Assembly (NCBI GenBank): GCA_003971905.1
Contig: RSEE01000053.1
Location: 186,001 to 250,000, forward strand
Length of the DNA: 64,000 nt
Origin: Moniliella sp. 'wahieum'
Lineage: Eukaryota
Direction of reading: 5' to 3'
In this document: piece by piece, positions 13,331-26,473 of the stretch
Numbering within the stretch: the stretch's first letter is position 1
Layout of the letters: the number at the start of each line of letters is the position of its first letter
Translations under genes and position numbers: made by a program
Notes under the pieces: model-generated
Databases searched by the model: none
What the model saw: the letters and a program-made list of their open reading frames with translations, nothing else
Told to the model about the DNA's origin: nothing

Positions 13331-14989
13331 GGTGCGCAGGCTGTGCGAGGCGGCTGTGCGAGGGGCGAAGGCGGAGGGCGGTAGGAAACGGGAAGCGTAC
13401 GGGGGGGCGGGGGTGGTGGGTGGCAGCCGACGGGGTCAGGAAGGGCTGCGGGCAAGGCAGGTGGGGCGGTCGGGGGGGGGGGAGGGGTGCTTCGGCTGCC
13501 GCGTCTGGCGTCTGGCTCGGGTCTGCGCACAATTGGCGCTGTGCTCGATCTGCTGTGCCCCAGGTTCGCTCGGCCGGGCAGGATGCAGGAGCAAACCAAC
13601 ACGGCTGGCTGGCTGGCTGGCTGCCGCATGCCATCCAATTACCACTCACCCTCTGCTGCCGCGCCAGCCTCGCTTGCTGCTGCGCTGTGGACACCAACAC
13701 ACGCCCGCCCCGCACAGCGGCAGTCACCTGCCCACCGGTTACCGGTCATCGATCAACGCTGAGGCACAGCGCTCCGCGCCGGTCCGGTCCCTAGTCACTA
13801 GTCACTAGTCAGCAGCCCACACCGGTCGCCGCGTCACCACCCCGGCCATCGACATCAAATATCAAGCATCGATCATCGATCATGCATCATGCCTCTGCTC
13901 CAAACCAGCACAGCACCCGTGCTCAGTGCCAGCGCTCCAGCTGGGGCACGGCGTGAGCCTGTGAGAGCTTGCGGTGCGTTCTGAGACGCCGCTGCCCACC
14001 AACACCTGGGCCAACGCGCCAACGCCCAAGCACGCACCATGTGCATGCGATCGGTTGGACCACCCGCTCGCATGGCGCCTGTATGCGCTGCTCCCCCCAT
14101 TCCAGTCACAGCTGTGCCTGCGCTGCCCCCCACCGCTGCCCAAATGCGAATTCGGGTGTCGAACTTTGCTCACATGCACAGCGCTCAGCCGGGGCGCCTG
14201 AGCGCACATGCCGCCACAGCCCCACAAGGCACAACCCCCTACTGCCTGCCGCTACTGGCGCGGACGAAAGGTGTTGAGATCCGTGGCTGTTCGCCGCCGC
14301 GCCAGCTCCGCATCACGTGCCGCCCCCTGGCAGCTGCCCCAGCCGGGCACGTGGCCGATGTGAGGAGACCCGGCGCAGCCACTTGCCTAGTGTGTGTGGT
14401 GTGTTGCTCTTCCTCCCCCGATCTCCGTCCAAGCCCCGCTGAGCACCAGTGCTGAGCCAGAGCGCTTGCAGCGCTACAGCGCCTGCGCCGCAGGCCTCCG
14501 GCTCATAACTCGTACTCGGCGCATCTGCCTAAGCCTCACATGTCACAGCCCTCAGGGCCGCAGGCCGCAATGCACCACCACACAGTTCCCAGTTGAACAC
14601 AGACTCCACCATCCCACCTCTTCCACAGCCTCCACCGCCGCCACCACCCGCACGCCACCACCCACCCTGGAAGCAGGAACACACCACGCAAAACCCACCT
14701 TTCCCGTCTCTGGCCTCCACCACACCAGCCCCACCCGAACCACCCCATTCTGCGTGTGTTTCAATTTCAAGTTAGACGTGTCTATGAGACAGGTACAGTG
14801 CCCATGCAACACGTGTCACACTTCACGCATGTGTATGATGCATGGTGCGGCGTATGGAGCACGCATGATACCATGCATCTGGCGACCTTTTCAGAGAGCT
14901 ATGCAGGTATATGCGTTACTTTTGCCTCCACACACCCGTGCACGGGGCACTCTTCGGCTCGCTCCAGCCGCCTGAGCCTGACACGTGTC

Positions 14990-15335
14990 CAGCTTCAAGC
15001 TTCACGAGCTTCCAGCTTGCTCTGCTCAAAGCGTTTGGACAACTCAGATCTCAACGTTCTCAACAGATATCAGGATCTCAGATGCATTGAGCGAGTTGAG
15101 AGCGTTGAACGTATGTTAAACGTTGAACGTTGAACGTTGAACGATGTGAAGAAACGTATTCAACACGTATACTCAAACGACTCGACACTCAACCACTCAG
15201 TATGAGTACAGTGGCTCGTGTGTCCGTTCCTTCAATCCCTCTTCAGGCCTCAGGCCTTCAAGCTACTCACTAGTCACTAGTCACCAGTCACTAGTCACTA
15301 GTCAGTAGTCACTAGTCAGTAGCTTCAATAGTCAC
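14990..15335. repeat. Dense cluster of period-7 TNA+palindrome arrays (AGCT, GATC, ACGT, GGCC, CTAG patches)
   Basis: (TCActag)-type x8 at 15267-15322, (acgtTGA)x3 at 15120-15140, TCAgatcTCA at 15044-15053. Confidence 0.9.
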
Positions 15336-15631
15336 TACAGGCCTAGGAGTTCCGTTGCTTTTTCGCTTCCGTTTTCCTTTTGTTCCGCAACCTCCACAGC
15401 CTGATGGCGGCTGTGTGGCTGCTTATTGATGTTCCACTATAGGCGTTGTTGGTTGGCTTTTAGACCACCACCACCACCACCACCACCAGTGCGATTGCAT
15501 CACCCTCAAGGATCAGGTGTGTCATCAGGACACCAAATCTCATCAAACGTTCAACACACTCACGCAACCACTCAAACGGTTCACGTTCAAGCTTCATGCT
15601 TCAAGCTTCACGCTTTTTCAAGCGAGCACCA

Positions 15632-16594
15632 CTTTGAATTCATCACTGACAAAGCTTAAGGCTTGGGACAGGGAAACACTACGCCTATAAACCGACCATT
15701 CATCTTGCGTGTGTTACTTGGTAGCGCCACCACGCTAGGGGGAACCACGGGATCGCCAAGATATCAGGACCCTTGGTGCTCGCCATCGATCCCGTATCCG
15801 AGGTAGCGCGTGTGACACGGATGAACGTTGAACGTATAGTAGACTAGAGGACCACCGGGCCTACGACCCGGTATGCGTACTCCTCGTGTTTTCCGTGCGT
15901 CTGTACTGAAGGGCTGGGGCTTCGCCCCAGCCTTCTCCGTGTTGGTTGCGAACACCCCACGGCCATCTTTCCCCCCTGGTCCAACCGTTCCATAGGCCCC
16001 TTTCCCCACTCCCCGCGTCTACCGGTCCATCGTCAACAGAGACTCCAGCACGCGACAGGGAACCGTCCCAAAGCAGGGGGATGTAGGGTTAGGTGGATTT
16101 ATACCCAATGTGTGGTGCTGAGGCGAGTGGCTGAGCTACACGTGCTATTAGGTCAGAACTTGGCATCGAGCTCTCTGTTTTATTATGAATTCAAAAGGGG
16201 GATATCAGTGTAATAACTTTTTTATAAGTCAGGGTTGGGTCTTTGCAATGTGTGACATGTATGTGACGACATGTGGTTTGCCAAGGGGTTGAAAGCACCC
16301 CCCCCCCCCGATGCGTTGGCACCGACAGTCCCTCTATATTCCTGCTCTCTCACCGTCCCACAGCTCCGAACCTCTGCTGAAAGTGTGAACTCTCTGAGAC
16401 CTCACAGATCTCACCTCTCATTTCTCTCTCTCAGCTTTTGCTTCACTAATAACTCACTGCTCCAGTCAGTAAAAGTCACGAATAGTACAGTCTAGTTCCT
16501 GTACATCGACCAGCAGAAAGGGGAAATAAGAATAACGCTGCATTTTATGTACCCCTGTCCCAGCCTTAAGCTCTGTCAATGATATGGATGCAGA
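15632..16594. mobile_element. Candidate non-autonomous DNA transposon/MITE bounded by ~30-40 bp imperfect inverted repeats
   Basis: Left TCACTGACAAAGCTTAAGGCTTGGGACAGGG (15643-15673) versus right CCCTGTCCCAGCCTTAAGCTCTGTCAATGA (16553-16582). No internal coding potential and no clear target-site duplication. Confidence 0.45.
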
Positions 16595-18218
16595 AGGGAG
16601 AGGGGTCTTTGCGTCCAGCGCGATCTATGCTATCCCATCGCTGCTCTTGAACGATTAATCATCGATCATCGAAGACTACCCTCAAGTGGCGTGTGGTCTG
16701 TGCGGCCACACCCTAACAACGCTGCGTATAACGCGCAAGCTTGAAGAGCTTGAGGCGGTTTAGGTACACAGAGATTGACGTTTTGATAGTTGAGTCTCAA
16801 CGTTGAGATGCGTTTTACACGTTTTGAAGTTGGGGTTCAAAGTTCAACGTTCAACGTTCAGCGCGCTCAGCTGAGCAGCCTGAGCGCTTAACGTTAGTTG
16901 TGTGTTGATCACGTTGATCCACAATCTCTTATTGCTTTGTAGGAGGCCCCTTTGTTGCTTTTTCAGGAGTGTGAGACTGACTGTGACTACAGACTCGGGC
17001 CTGTTAGGACTATTGGGGCTCGGATCAGAGCTTGGAGTTTGGGGCCTCTCTTTTCGTGACTCGTTTGCGGCAAAAGCTTCGGATCTTCCGAAGGTGCCGT
17101 GTGGCCAAAAATACCTTCTCACCCCAAGAACTCTTCGCTCTGGATATGGCGGGGCATAACGCATAACCGGTAACCGGTAATCAGTAAGTGGTAACCGATA
17201 TAACCGGCGTGATCGGGTTCAACCTTGAAGCTTGAATTTAAGTCCGACCATAGGCCACCATCACACCAATAATTCCAGTCTACTCCCCGGTTTGTGACTC
17301 AAGCTCGCTCGCCCAAAACGCGTGGAACGACGATGTGAAGATGTCGACATTATAATGTCCTCTCTGCCGCAAAAACGCCATCGACAAGTGGCATAAGCCA
17401 GCCACATGGATGCATCCGCCTCCCACAGTTTCCTGTTGCCATCCGCCTGGGAGCTTCATAGGTTAGTTCAGTTCATCATCGTTCAGGCAATGATAGATGC
17501 ACAGAGGTTGTGATTAGGTTAATTTTGTAGGCGATGTTCTCCTTCCTGGATGATGGTGGGCTTCTTCCTTTCCTGCATGGCGAATATAAGGGGGCGATGG
17601 GGGTGACCCGTAGCCATCACACAGCATATGTCGGCATCCATCCCACAGGCCGTCACGAGACTCGAAGACACCTGAGAATATAGCAAAAGGAATGACAGTG
17701 GATTGTACATCACACGTTCATTACAGACAGGGTCCTCAGTCCTTGTAGTATACCCCCCTGCTCCTCTTGCACCATCAGTACTACTCAGTGAGTCCGCAGC
17801 CTTTTTCCAACTCTGCTGTTTGCACCACTAATCGTCCCGTTGCAGCCAGTTGTGAAGGCGCGTTACGATGGCAGACACAACATGCGTCTTGACGGATGCG
17901 AACAGGGAGGCACTAATAAGTATTTCTCATGGGAAAAGCAGACAAAAGCCAGGGGTACAAAATGGTCATGCAGGGGAGCAGATTCGAGGAGCCAAAGGGT
18001 TTAGAAGGACTTCATTTGCCAATCACATGCGGGAGCAGATTTTGGATTAATGTGGGTAAAAATACAGGCAAAGCGTCAAGGTGGTGGGAGATCGTCAAGA
18101 GCGTCAAGAGGAGCAAGGCATGAAGAACAGAGGTGCAACCGACATTGTGCTAGACTGGGAAGGAAACGCGACGAGAAACAAAGGAGAACGACGGATAGGG
18201 AAAAAAGGGTTGGTTCGT

Positions 18219-20554
18219 TTACCACGGCAGATCGGCCGGGAAGAATATGGCAAGGATCAAGCTCGCAACGCCTAAGGCGCAGGCCACAGTCAGTAGCGCT
18301 TGTCCAGCCCAGCAAGTCTGACCTCGTCCGGGCCAGGCAACAAAAGAGACCAAAAGCAGGCCCGGAAGGGCCGTCAGGGCTCCCACGAGCGATGCAAGGA
18401 ACCGTACTTCCTGTGCACAACAGGCGCCGCCAGTGGTGCTCACACCTAACGCCAAAAAGCGGATCAAATTCTTGCACGCCTTGGTCCAAGGATCAAACTT
18501 GCCGCTTCGTCCTGGCAGCCAACGTTGCTCGGTCCAATGGATCGCGCGGCCCAAATGAGTGGGCGATTGGAATACAAGCGCGCCCGCAGCAATCGCTTTG
18601 AAAATCAATCCCAGTTGGGGAGGGAGCAAGTCCAGGGCCGATGGAGCGAGGGGATAGGCAGAAATGTCATGATAGCGCGACGCCCAAGTCCGCCAAGGGG
18701 GCGATGACAACACGAGCAGTGCGCTCAGACCAAGTAGAGGGGGAAGAAGCGCCCGTGTAGCGTGGGCCGGATAAACCATCCGTGTCACTAGATCCGGGAC
18801 AGGCGCGAGATGGCACAGAGCAAGGCATGTGATAGGAATGAGCGAAACAGGGGGGAGCAAGGTAACACCTTGAGGTTGGAGAAGGTGTAATGCAAATAAG
18901 GTCCCGAGCAGGACCACCGCCAGACCCATCTCGGCCAAAACGCCAATTAACTTCACCCACTTTCGATGGCGAGACAGGACGGAGGGGAGTAATCCGACAC
19001 CGCAGAGTACCACGTACACCCACGATGGTGGAGGGAAGGTGAAGAGACGGGTGACGGTGTGTGGTGGCGGATGAGGGGCTTGAGTAGCCACGGTAATCTC
19101 GGGTGAGGAAGAATACCCGCCGCGCTCTTGTGGATCCATGACAAGGTTGACCAAGTCGGAAACATAGGCAGCAGCCAGAGCGAGATTAATGGCTGCCATG
19201 CCCAAGGACCCCAAAACGCCCAATACACCATTCAGCGTATGAGAAGGGTTAGGGGTAAGACGAGCGTGGGCAAGAACATACGTTGCCAGAAGGGCGACCA
19301 ATGCGGCTGCTAAGATGACATAGGACATGCCCATCGCCCCCGCGCCCGGACTCAGGAGCAAAAGGGGGATGGGAGTGAGAAAGTATCGTGTGTAGAGTAG
19401 ACATGTCCTGGCCGTCGATCGCAAACGCACGGGTCGGACAGGACGCGAGGGACGATAGTCGAGGAAAGTGTAGCTCCTGTTACCGACGGAGTCGGGGAGT
19501 AACAAGGGCGTATGTTCCCCCTCGGCCCAACTGGACCGAATTCGATCATAGGCCCACGATGCCGAGTCAAGGTAACGCTCTACTACCGATAGCGGCCTGC
19601 TAACAGCAGAGGCCGCAACCAAATTCGACAGCGATTCAGACCTAGAGTTGAGGTCCGAGCCTGTCCAGGACCGATGCGGGCTCTGATGAGTAGAGTGGTA
19701 CGGACTGGCATGAGAGAGAGGAAAAAGTGCACTCCGATTGTCTGACTCGTCTTCTTCCCATTCGTCTTCGGAGTCCATCCATTCCCGCGACTCATCGGGG
19801 ACGAGGAGATATGCTGTGGTGGTAGCTTGTGGGACCAGAAGTGGTGAGGAAGTCACGGGAGCCAGACGGGAGAGCGAAGGCTGACGTGACATGGATCGGG
19901 CACGCGAGACGGACCGAGACGCAGCCCTCACCCGCGACAAGGAGCGTGTAGTAGATGGCGACCAAGCGGGAGGCGCGGGCGATGCGGACGGAGTGCGTTC
20001 ATAGAGGGAAGTTGCCCGTGATTCGGGGGGTGCGAAGTGCCCATACACGCAGAGGAAATCGATGAACGTGGGTAGTGTGGCCAGTTGAATTGGGTTTGGG
20101 GACTGCATCAAAGTAGAAGGACGCACAGCTAGAAAAGCGCGACGCAAAGCTCCAGGTGACCGGCCCAGGGCAGAACCAGTCAGTAGAAAGGCCCGTTTGG
20201 GCTCAACCAAAAGCGGAGGGCACGAGCTGCACGGGCTCTTCCACGGCCCCTGTCCGGGTCGAGGTGGACAGGATGCTGAGAAATTGCGACGCCAGCGAGG
20301 GAGTAAGATCTCTGGTGACGGTGGGCTCGTTTGCTGGCAGGCACACCTCGATCGTGGACCCAGCGATAAATGGGGCTAAGGATGAAGGAAGCTGGGGACG
20401 TGTGGGGGAGATATACTGGCGAGGGTTCGGGTTCGGGCTCAAGCTGAGGCTCAGGCGCAGAGGAGGGCCAATTGAGATGGCGGCGCACAATGACAGCCTT
20501 GGCCTGGTCCGTAATGGGCAGGAGAGACCAATCAAGGGCGCCCTCGTCGTCCAT
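18219..20554 (-). CDS. Vacuolar amino-acid transporter, Avt3/Avt4-like (AAAP/Aa_trans family), divergent
   Basis: FIDFLCVYGHFA motif typical of Avt3/4 N-termini, an acidic patch then EHTPLLL (dileucine-type signal), many hydrophobic helices and a terminal FLASLVGAL motif. The start MDDEGALDW is in another frame (frameshift). Confidence 0.7.
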
Positions 20555-21430
20555 GGTGGTGGAAGGAGTGGTGGCGGCGGGGTGGCGGCGATGGCGGCGA
20601 CGAGGAAAGGACAAGCACGCGGTACTTAAAAGTGCCGTCACATGCCGCATGCCAGTGCCAGGGCCCCTGCGCTGCAGCGCTGGGCCCAAAAAACTTTTCT
20701 CCATTCCATTCCGCCTGCACAGGCCTGCACCCGATCACCGATCAGCAGCCTCCCATCCCATGCGCTGGTCCTCGACGTCATCCCACTGCCCAGTCCAACT
20801 GCCCAGCCCCCCAAGGCAGGGTGGGGGAGGGGCGGCACCTCGTCACCACCACCATGCGTTGCGCGTCCATCCGGCCACATTCAACATCACCGGCCATACG
20901 TGACACGCGCCCCATCTTGTCACGCCAATCCCTGCCTTCAGTTCGACAAGATGGTCTAGGCAGCGTGTGCGCCCTCAACGTTCTCAACGTTCTCAGCACG
21001 CAGGCTGCAGGGCCAACAGCAGAGGGAGAAGGGCGAGGCATATATTCCCCGACGGTTAGGCCAACATGGAGCCAGTTAAGAAAGCGAACAGCCGACGGGC
21101 ACCCGGTCGGCCTAATCCGGCCTAACTTCGTCTCACGCGCCACCCATGGCTGGCTGAGGCAGTGCACGTGACTGCGAAAGTCAAACGTTCAACGTTCAAC
21201 AAGCTCCAAACACCCAGCCCGGAGGCGTGAGGTGGCCAGGGCCGGTGACCACGTGCACTTGAAGTGCGGGCAAGTGCATGCCCCCCGCCGCGGCATACGC
21301 TGGCCGATCACCACAACAGCCCCCACCACCCTCCCTCCACCTCCGCGCGCGCGCCGACACCCGGCAAACCCACCGGGACGGCTGCACACACGTGGCCCCC
21401 TCGCGCCCCCCCCCCACTGCCTTCCACTAC

Positions 21431-22671
21431 ATGTCCATGCCCTCCGCCCAAGCCCAAGCCTCATCGGTCGCACCAGCCATCGCCAGCGATGGCCAGCTCC
21501 GCGCCCGCGCCCCTGCACCTTCTGACCCTGCCCCCCCCCGGTTGAGGACGAGCATTCCCACCCTACAGACAGCCATGGCCATTTTCACCCCACCACCACC
21601 ACCACCACCACCAGGCGCAGAAGAAGGTGCACTGCTGCTGGGGGCATTGCAGGGCAAAGGTGACGCTGGCAGCCGCATCGCCTTGGTGGCCGTGATTACC
21701 AATGTGGTGCTAGCTGTGACCAAGGCGCTGGCCGGAACGTGGTTGCACAGCAGTGCGCTGATTGCAGATGCGGCTCACAGTGCCAGCGACACAGTGGCAG
21801 ACCTAGTTGCCTTGGTGTGTTGGCAAGCTGCCCAGGCGCCAGCCAACGATCGATGGCCACGCGGTCGAGGCCGGATCGAACCTTTTGGGGGCGTCCTCAT
21901 TGCTACTGTTCTAGCGGGTGCTGCTGGGATTGGATCCCATGCCGCCGGTCGTTTGCTGCCTTACCTCCCCCTTTGGCTCGCTCCCCTTGTCCGTCCCCTG
22001 ATTCAACTTTTGTCCCTTGGTCACGCACATCACCATGAACACGACGAGGAAGAACCCACCGATCCCTTGGCAATTCTCTTTGTACTTCTCGGCCTTGCCA
22101 CCAAAGAGTACCTCTACCGAGCTACAATGGCCGTGGCTAAGCGGGAAAACTCGAGTGTCCTGACCGCCAGCGCATTGCACCACCGCTCCGACAGCTTGGC
22201 CGAGGCTTTGGTTCTCGCGGCCCTCGTAGGGTCTTGGCTCGGCATCCCCGCTATTGACCCAATTGGAGGCGTGGCGGTAGCATGTGCGATTGGCTCCCAG
22301 GGCCTTGCCCTCATCGGTCCCGCTCTGGGACAGATTCTCGATCGGGTGTGCCTGCAACAGAGCGCGTCGCACTGGTTGAAACAATGAACAAGGCACTCCC
22401 CTTGGCCGTCCAGCAAGTGCCGCTGCTATTGGCCAATGGCACAAAGGCTGAGGTGGCCTACCGCGATTTGGCTGCAGTGCAAGGCAACTCAGGCATCTCA
22501 GCTTCTTTTGCTTTGGTACTTCCCCCCCAGACGAGCGTTGTCTGTGCTGCGGAGCTCGAGGCTGCACTCCGACGCCAGTTGAAGGCAGATATGCCCACAT
22601 TGGGACACATTAACGTTTCCTTTGTTCCTGCTTCAAATGTGTCACCATCACCATCATCCATTGGCTCTTGA
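21431..22671 (+). CDS. Cation diffusion facilitator (CDF) metal transporter, Mmt1/Mmt2-like
   Basis: SALIADAAHSASD, HAHHHEHD loop, LTASALHHRSDS, IDPIGG. The C-terminal domain continues in ORF 22282-22671 after a frameshift. Start uncertain (21278/21431/21575). Confidence 0.85.
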
Positions 22672-24185
22672 CCTTGCCAGACCACCCCTTGCCCCTCTCC
22701 CCTCCTGCATGCATCCTTTCTTCGTGAATGTGGGCGCGCCTCCCCTTGCCTCTCCACCTGCACATGTACCGCATTGATATAAGGGTAGTCTTGTCGCCAA
22801 GTCGTGCGCCCGATTGCGTTTGCGATCTAAGATCTAACGCCACTTCAGTGTTGGTATTAGAAGGCTAGAATGTATATATGGCAGCCGTAAGCTTTACAAT
22901 GAATGCGCCACTAGAGAAGCACACGCATCGTCGTTGAAGCTTGAAGCTTGAAGTATGACAATCTCCGTTATAGCAGCAAGAGTGTATGTATATAGTACAA
23001 CAACTTAAACGAAATCGGGGGGTTGTATATAGCGAGCGACACAAGAGCAGGCAGTGGTGCACGCCGTCTGTGCGAAAGCACACACCACGATCAACGGCAA
23101 CACAGTCTCAAAAGGGCTCGATATCTGAATACGGAATGTATGGGATCAATCGATCGATAACCTTTTTTTTCAACCGAGTGGCTCATGTCCAGTCTCTTGG
23201 CGTGGCTTCTCGAGGCTCGATGACTAGTTTTTGTCTCTAGATTCGTGACGGGGAGATTGTTTGGACGTTAGGTGTAACGGGGATAGTATCAATAATATCA
23301 GTACCGTGTATGGCGTAGGCGGAGAATCTATGTAAATGTATTAGCTGAGAGGAGTGTGGAGAATTATATAGTTCCCTATTATACTGACCACGACATCTGC
23401 TCTGTTATTGATTGGCAGTAGGTGTGCGACTGCGCCCTGTTTTGCGCTCCTGCATGTTGGTCACTTCCCTTGTTCCTGGGTCTTACCTCCACAACCGGCA
23501 CCGCTTTCGCATTCGATCCTGCTCGCTCGTCGCTCACCGGGCTCACCATCAACAGCCTCTTACCGATGAAACTGTTCGCTCACCGCAGCCACGCTCACCT
23601 AGTACTGTCTTCTGATCAACGCGATCAGCCTGATCGCTCAGACTGATACCCGAGGCTTGGGTATCATATATCAGGGTTAGCTCAGCGCTACTCAGCCCCC
23701 TAGATCGTTCAGTCAAGCGGGGGCATCCTGTGGGGAATCTGTTGCGCCCAGTTGTGGCGCGCACACTTGGTTTATACTGATTAATGATCGCGTATTGATT
23801 AAAGAGATGAGACGATGAGATCAAACAATATCTGGATGAGATCAACGACACCAAAGCATCATCGATGGGATATAATATGATCGGTGAGTATCATGTACAC
23901 TAGCTTTGAAACAGGCTCCTGAAGGCGTCCTGGATCGATCATGCTATCAGACCATCAATTCCCAGCCTTCTCTGAGGCTTGCGTGGCGTTGATGGGGATC
24001 TTCACTCGCCAACTCCAATCCCCCTGGATTCCCCTGGGCGCAGGGGCATCGGCAAAGTTCAGGACAGGGGAGTTGGAGCATAGCCCATGATGTGCTTATT
24101 CACCTCCTTTTATTGCGCACCGTTCTTCCTTGGCACCCAACTACCACCTTTCTCTCATTGCTGTCCCTTCCACGCACTACCCGTC

Positions 24186-26002
24186 ATGGCCGACGTCGTT
24201 GCAACCAACACATCCACTCACCCCATGGATCAGCTGCTGCTCCAAGACGCGGTCAATGGAACCAAAGGCACCTTGGCAACCGCCCCCCTTCATGTTGCCA
24301 ACAAAAATCGCGACGGAGGGCGACGGCTTGAGACCCAGGCCGCCCTTTTGGCCTCGATCGGAGGGGTAACTATCAAGGGGAAATCCGAAGACGAAAACTC
24401 CCTGGGGTTCAATGTGGCGACGTTGCAAGGAAAACCATTTATCAACGTCCGTCCACCATTCAAGTTCGATGCCATGCCCGGACGAGGGTGCCGACGCCTC
24501 ATGGCGATGTTTTTGTCCATATTTACAAGAACAATCATGATGCCAAAGAGCATCTAGCACTGGTTGTGGACCCATCGCAAACGTTCGCTGCGGATGCAAC
24601 GGATGTGCCCCAAACCGCATCGGGAACAGTTCACCCCAGCCAACTCCGTAGCCGCACCCTCGACGAGGTGTGGTCGGCAGATGAAACGGCATATGACCGA
24701 ATTGTGCGGGGTGCATACGTTGGGCGTCTGGGGCCCGACTTTCAGCAAGCGAGCCCCGTGCCTCAATCGCATGGGGTGAAGGGTAAGGCAGAAGTGGATG
24801 AGGCGGCGCCCTTGGTACGGATCCATTCGGAATGCTACACCGGTGAGACGATTGGTTCCCAACGGTGCGACTGCGGGGAGCAACTGGATGAAGCCATCCG
24901 TCTGATTGGCCGGACCGGGAAGGACTATCGCGACGGTCAAGCTCGTGGAGTAGTGGTTTACCTGCGCCAAGAGGGGCGTGGTATTGGGCTGTTGGACAAG
25001 ATCATGGCCTACAATCTCCAAGACATGGGACCGACACGGTCGCTGCCAACGTTCTGCTCGGTCACTTGCCTGATGCACGGCAGTACGACATTGCCTCGGC
25101 TATCCTGGGCGACTTGGGAGTAGAGCGGTGCCGGCTCTTGACCAACAATCCGGACAAAGTCCAGGCGCTCGATCAAGTGGGGGTGCAAGTTGAAGAGCGT
25201 GTCCCTATGGTACCTCGCGTGTGGCGTCGCCGCACTCACCGAAAGCATGCACACCGTCATACCGCACATTATAGCCACCGACGATCGTTTCCTCTAGGAC
25301 TCGTCGTTTCTCCGTCTTTCGTCGTATCCGATACGTCAGAGGCCGATGTCACTAGTACGCCCTTGGACGGGAAAGCGTGATGGCCGGCAAGTGTCTCGAA
25401 TATCCCTTTTCCCCTCGCCGTCATACGAGTTGCCCGTTGCAATGGGAGACGGCGAATACGAGGACGAGGAGAAGTGTGGAGTGACGGAAGCGAGGACAGC
25501 TACGTTGAATATGCTCTCCGTCGCAGCGGGCTCACCATGAGGGGAGGCAGTGTCACCCAAGGTCCCGAGCTTGAAAAGTATCTCCGCACAAGGTGGAGCG
25601 AATGGGGCACCTGCTTAGCCTCCCCCCCGTGGCCAACAGTACCACATCCAAGCCTCCTGGAGGGCATGCCGGGAGGTCTCGCGCAACCAACGTGAAAAGT
25701 TCTCGAGAGAGTAAACCGGCTCACTCCAAGTGTCTCGCAATGCTGAAGTTGAAGAGCTTTTGAACCAAGCTGCGCAAGTAGCGTCGCTTCTTCCCGGCTC
25801 CCCCTTGGACGCCAAGGATCTGGATGATCAGATCAAAGCCGTGCGCCAAGCGACCGGATCCTCCTCCCTCGAAGAGAAAGTGGCCCACTTGGTTGACTGG
25901 GCTTCGCAGGGCCTGTCCGTGAGCCGTGATCCTTCACCGGGCTTGACGTTTGCTTTAGCTCAAGTGACAGTAAAGGGTACACGACTCTTGCGGTTGCTTT
26001 GA
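24186..26002 (+). CDS. RIB1: GTP cyclohydrolase II
   Basis: [52 protein letters not shown]. Frameshifted; 3' end approximate. Confidence 0.93.
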
Positions 26003-26473
26003 AGTGGTATTATAACTTCACATGTCCCAAATGCACTTGTTCTTTTCTCTGGCACCTAAGTTCTCGAATGGGGTCCACGCATCCATTTTTGATCAGACGG
26101 CTTTTCGCAGCCACGCCATCGCCGCTTTTTCCTGCTCAGTATCCCTTCTTTACCTCCGCCAAAACGAACCAATATCAAACGACTTCTCCCGCTCACTTAG
26201 TACTCAGTTACTGACTATAAAAACGATCACAGAAACTAATAGACATTGGCTTGAAAAAATAATGGGGAAGACGGCGCGCGACGAAGCCTAGAACGATGAA
26301 GAGATGTAGCGCACAAAATGAATGTTGACGTAGGTTACCGGTCACTGTGGGAACAAAGAGGAAGGCAAGCAAGACAGGAAAGGCATAGGACACCCACCCC
26401 GACATCAGGCCAGGATGGGGAAAGTAAGTCTCAACAAAAGGAAAGAACAAAGACTTGGACTAGACTGCGGGGT

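Noticed and set aside
13340..14975. Many overlapping Pro/Ala/Arg/Gly-rich ORFs
   Set aside because: Expected in GC-rich low-complexity non-coding DNA; no domain or codon support.
14990..15335. Synthetic polylinker or vector contamination (HindIII, SpeI, StuI, BglII, AclI sites)
   Set aside because: The sites are tandem, degenerate and scattered through many intergenic regions, with no vector backbone.
17164..17198. CRISPR-like repeat-spacer array
   Set aside because: 3-bp repeats with 4-bp spacers in a eukaryotic context, and no cas genes.
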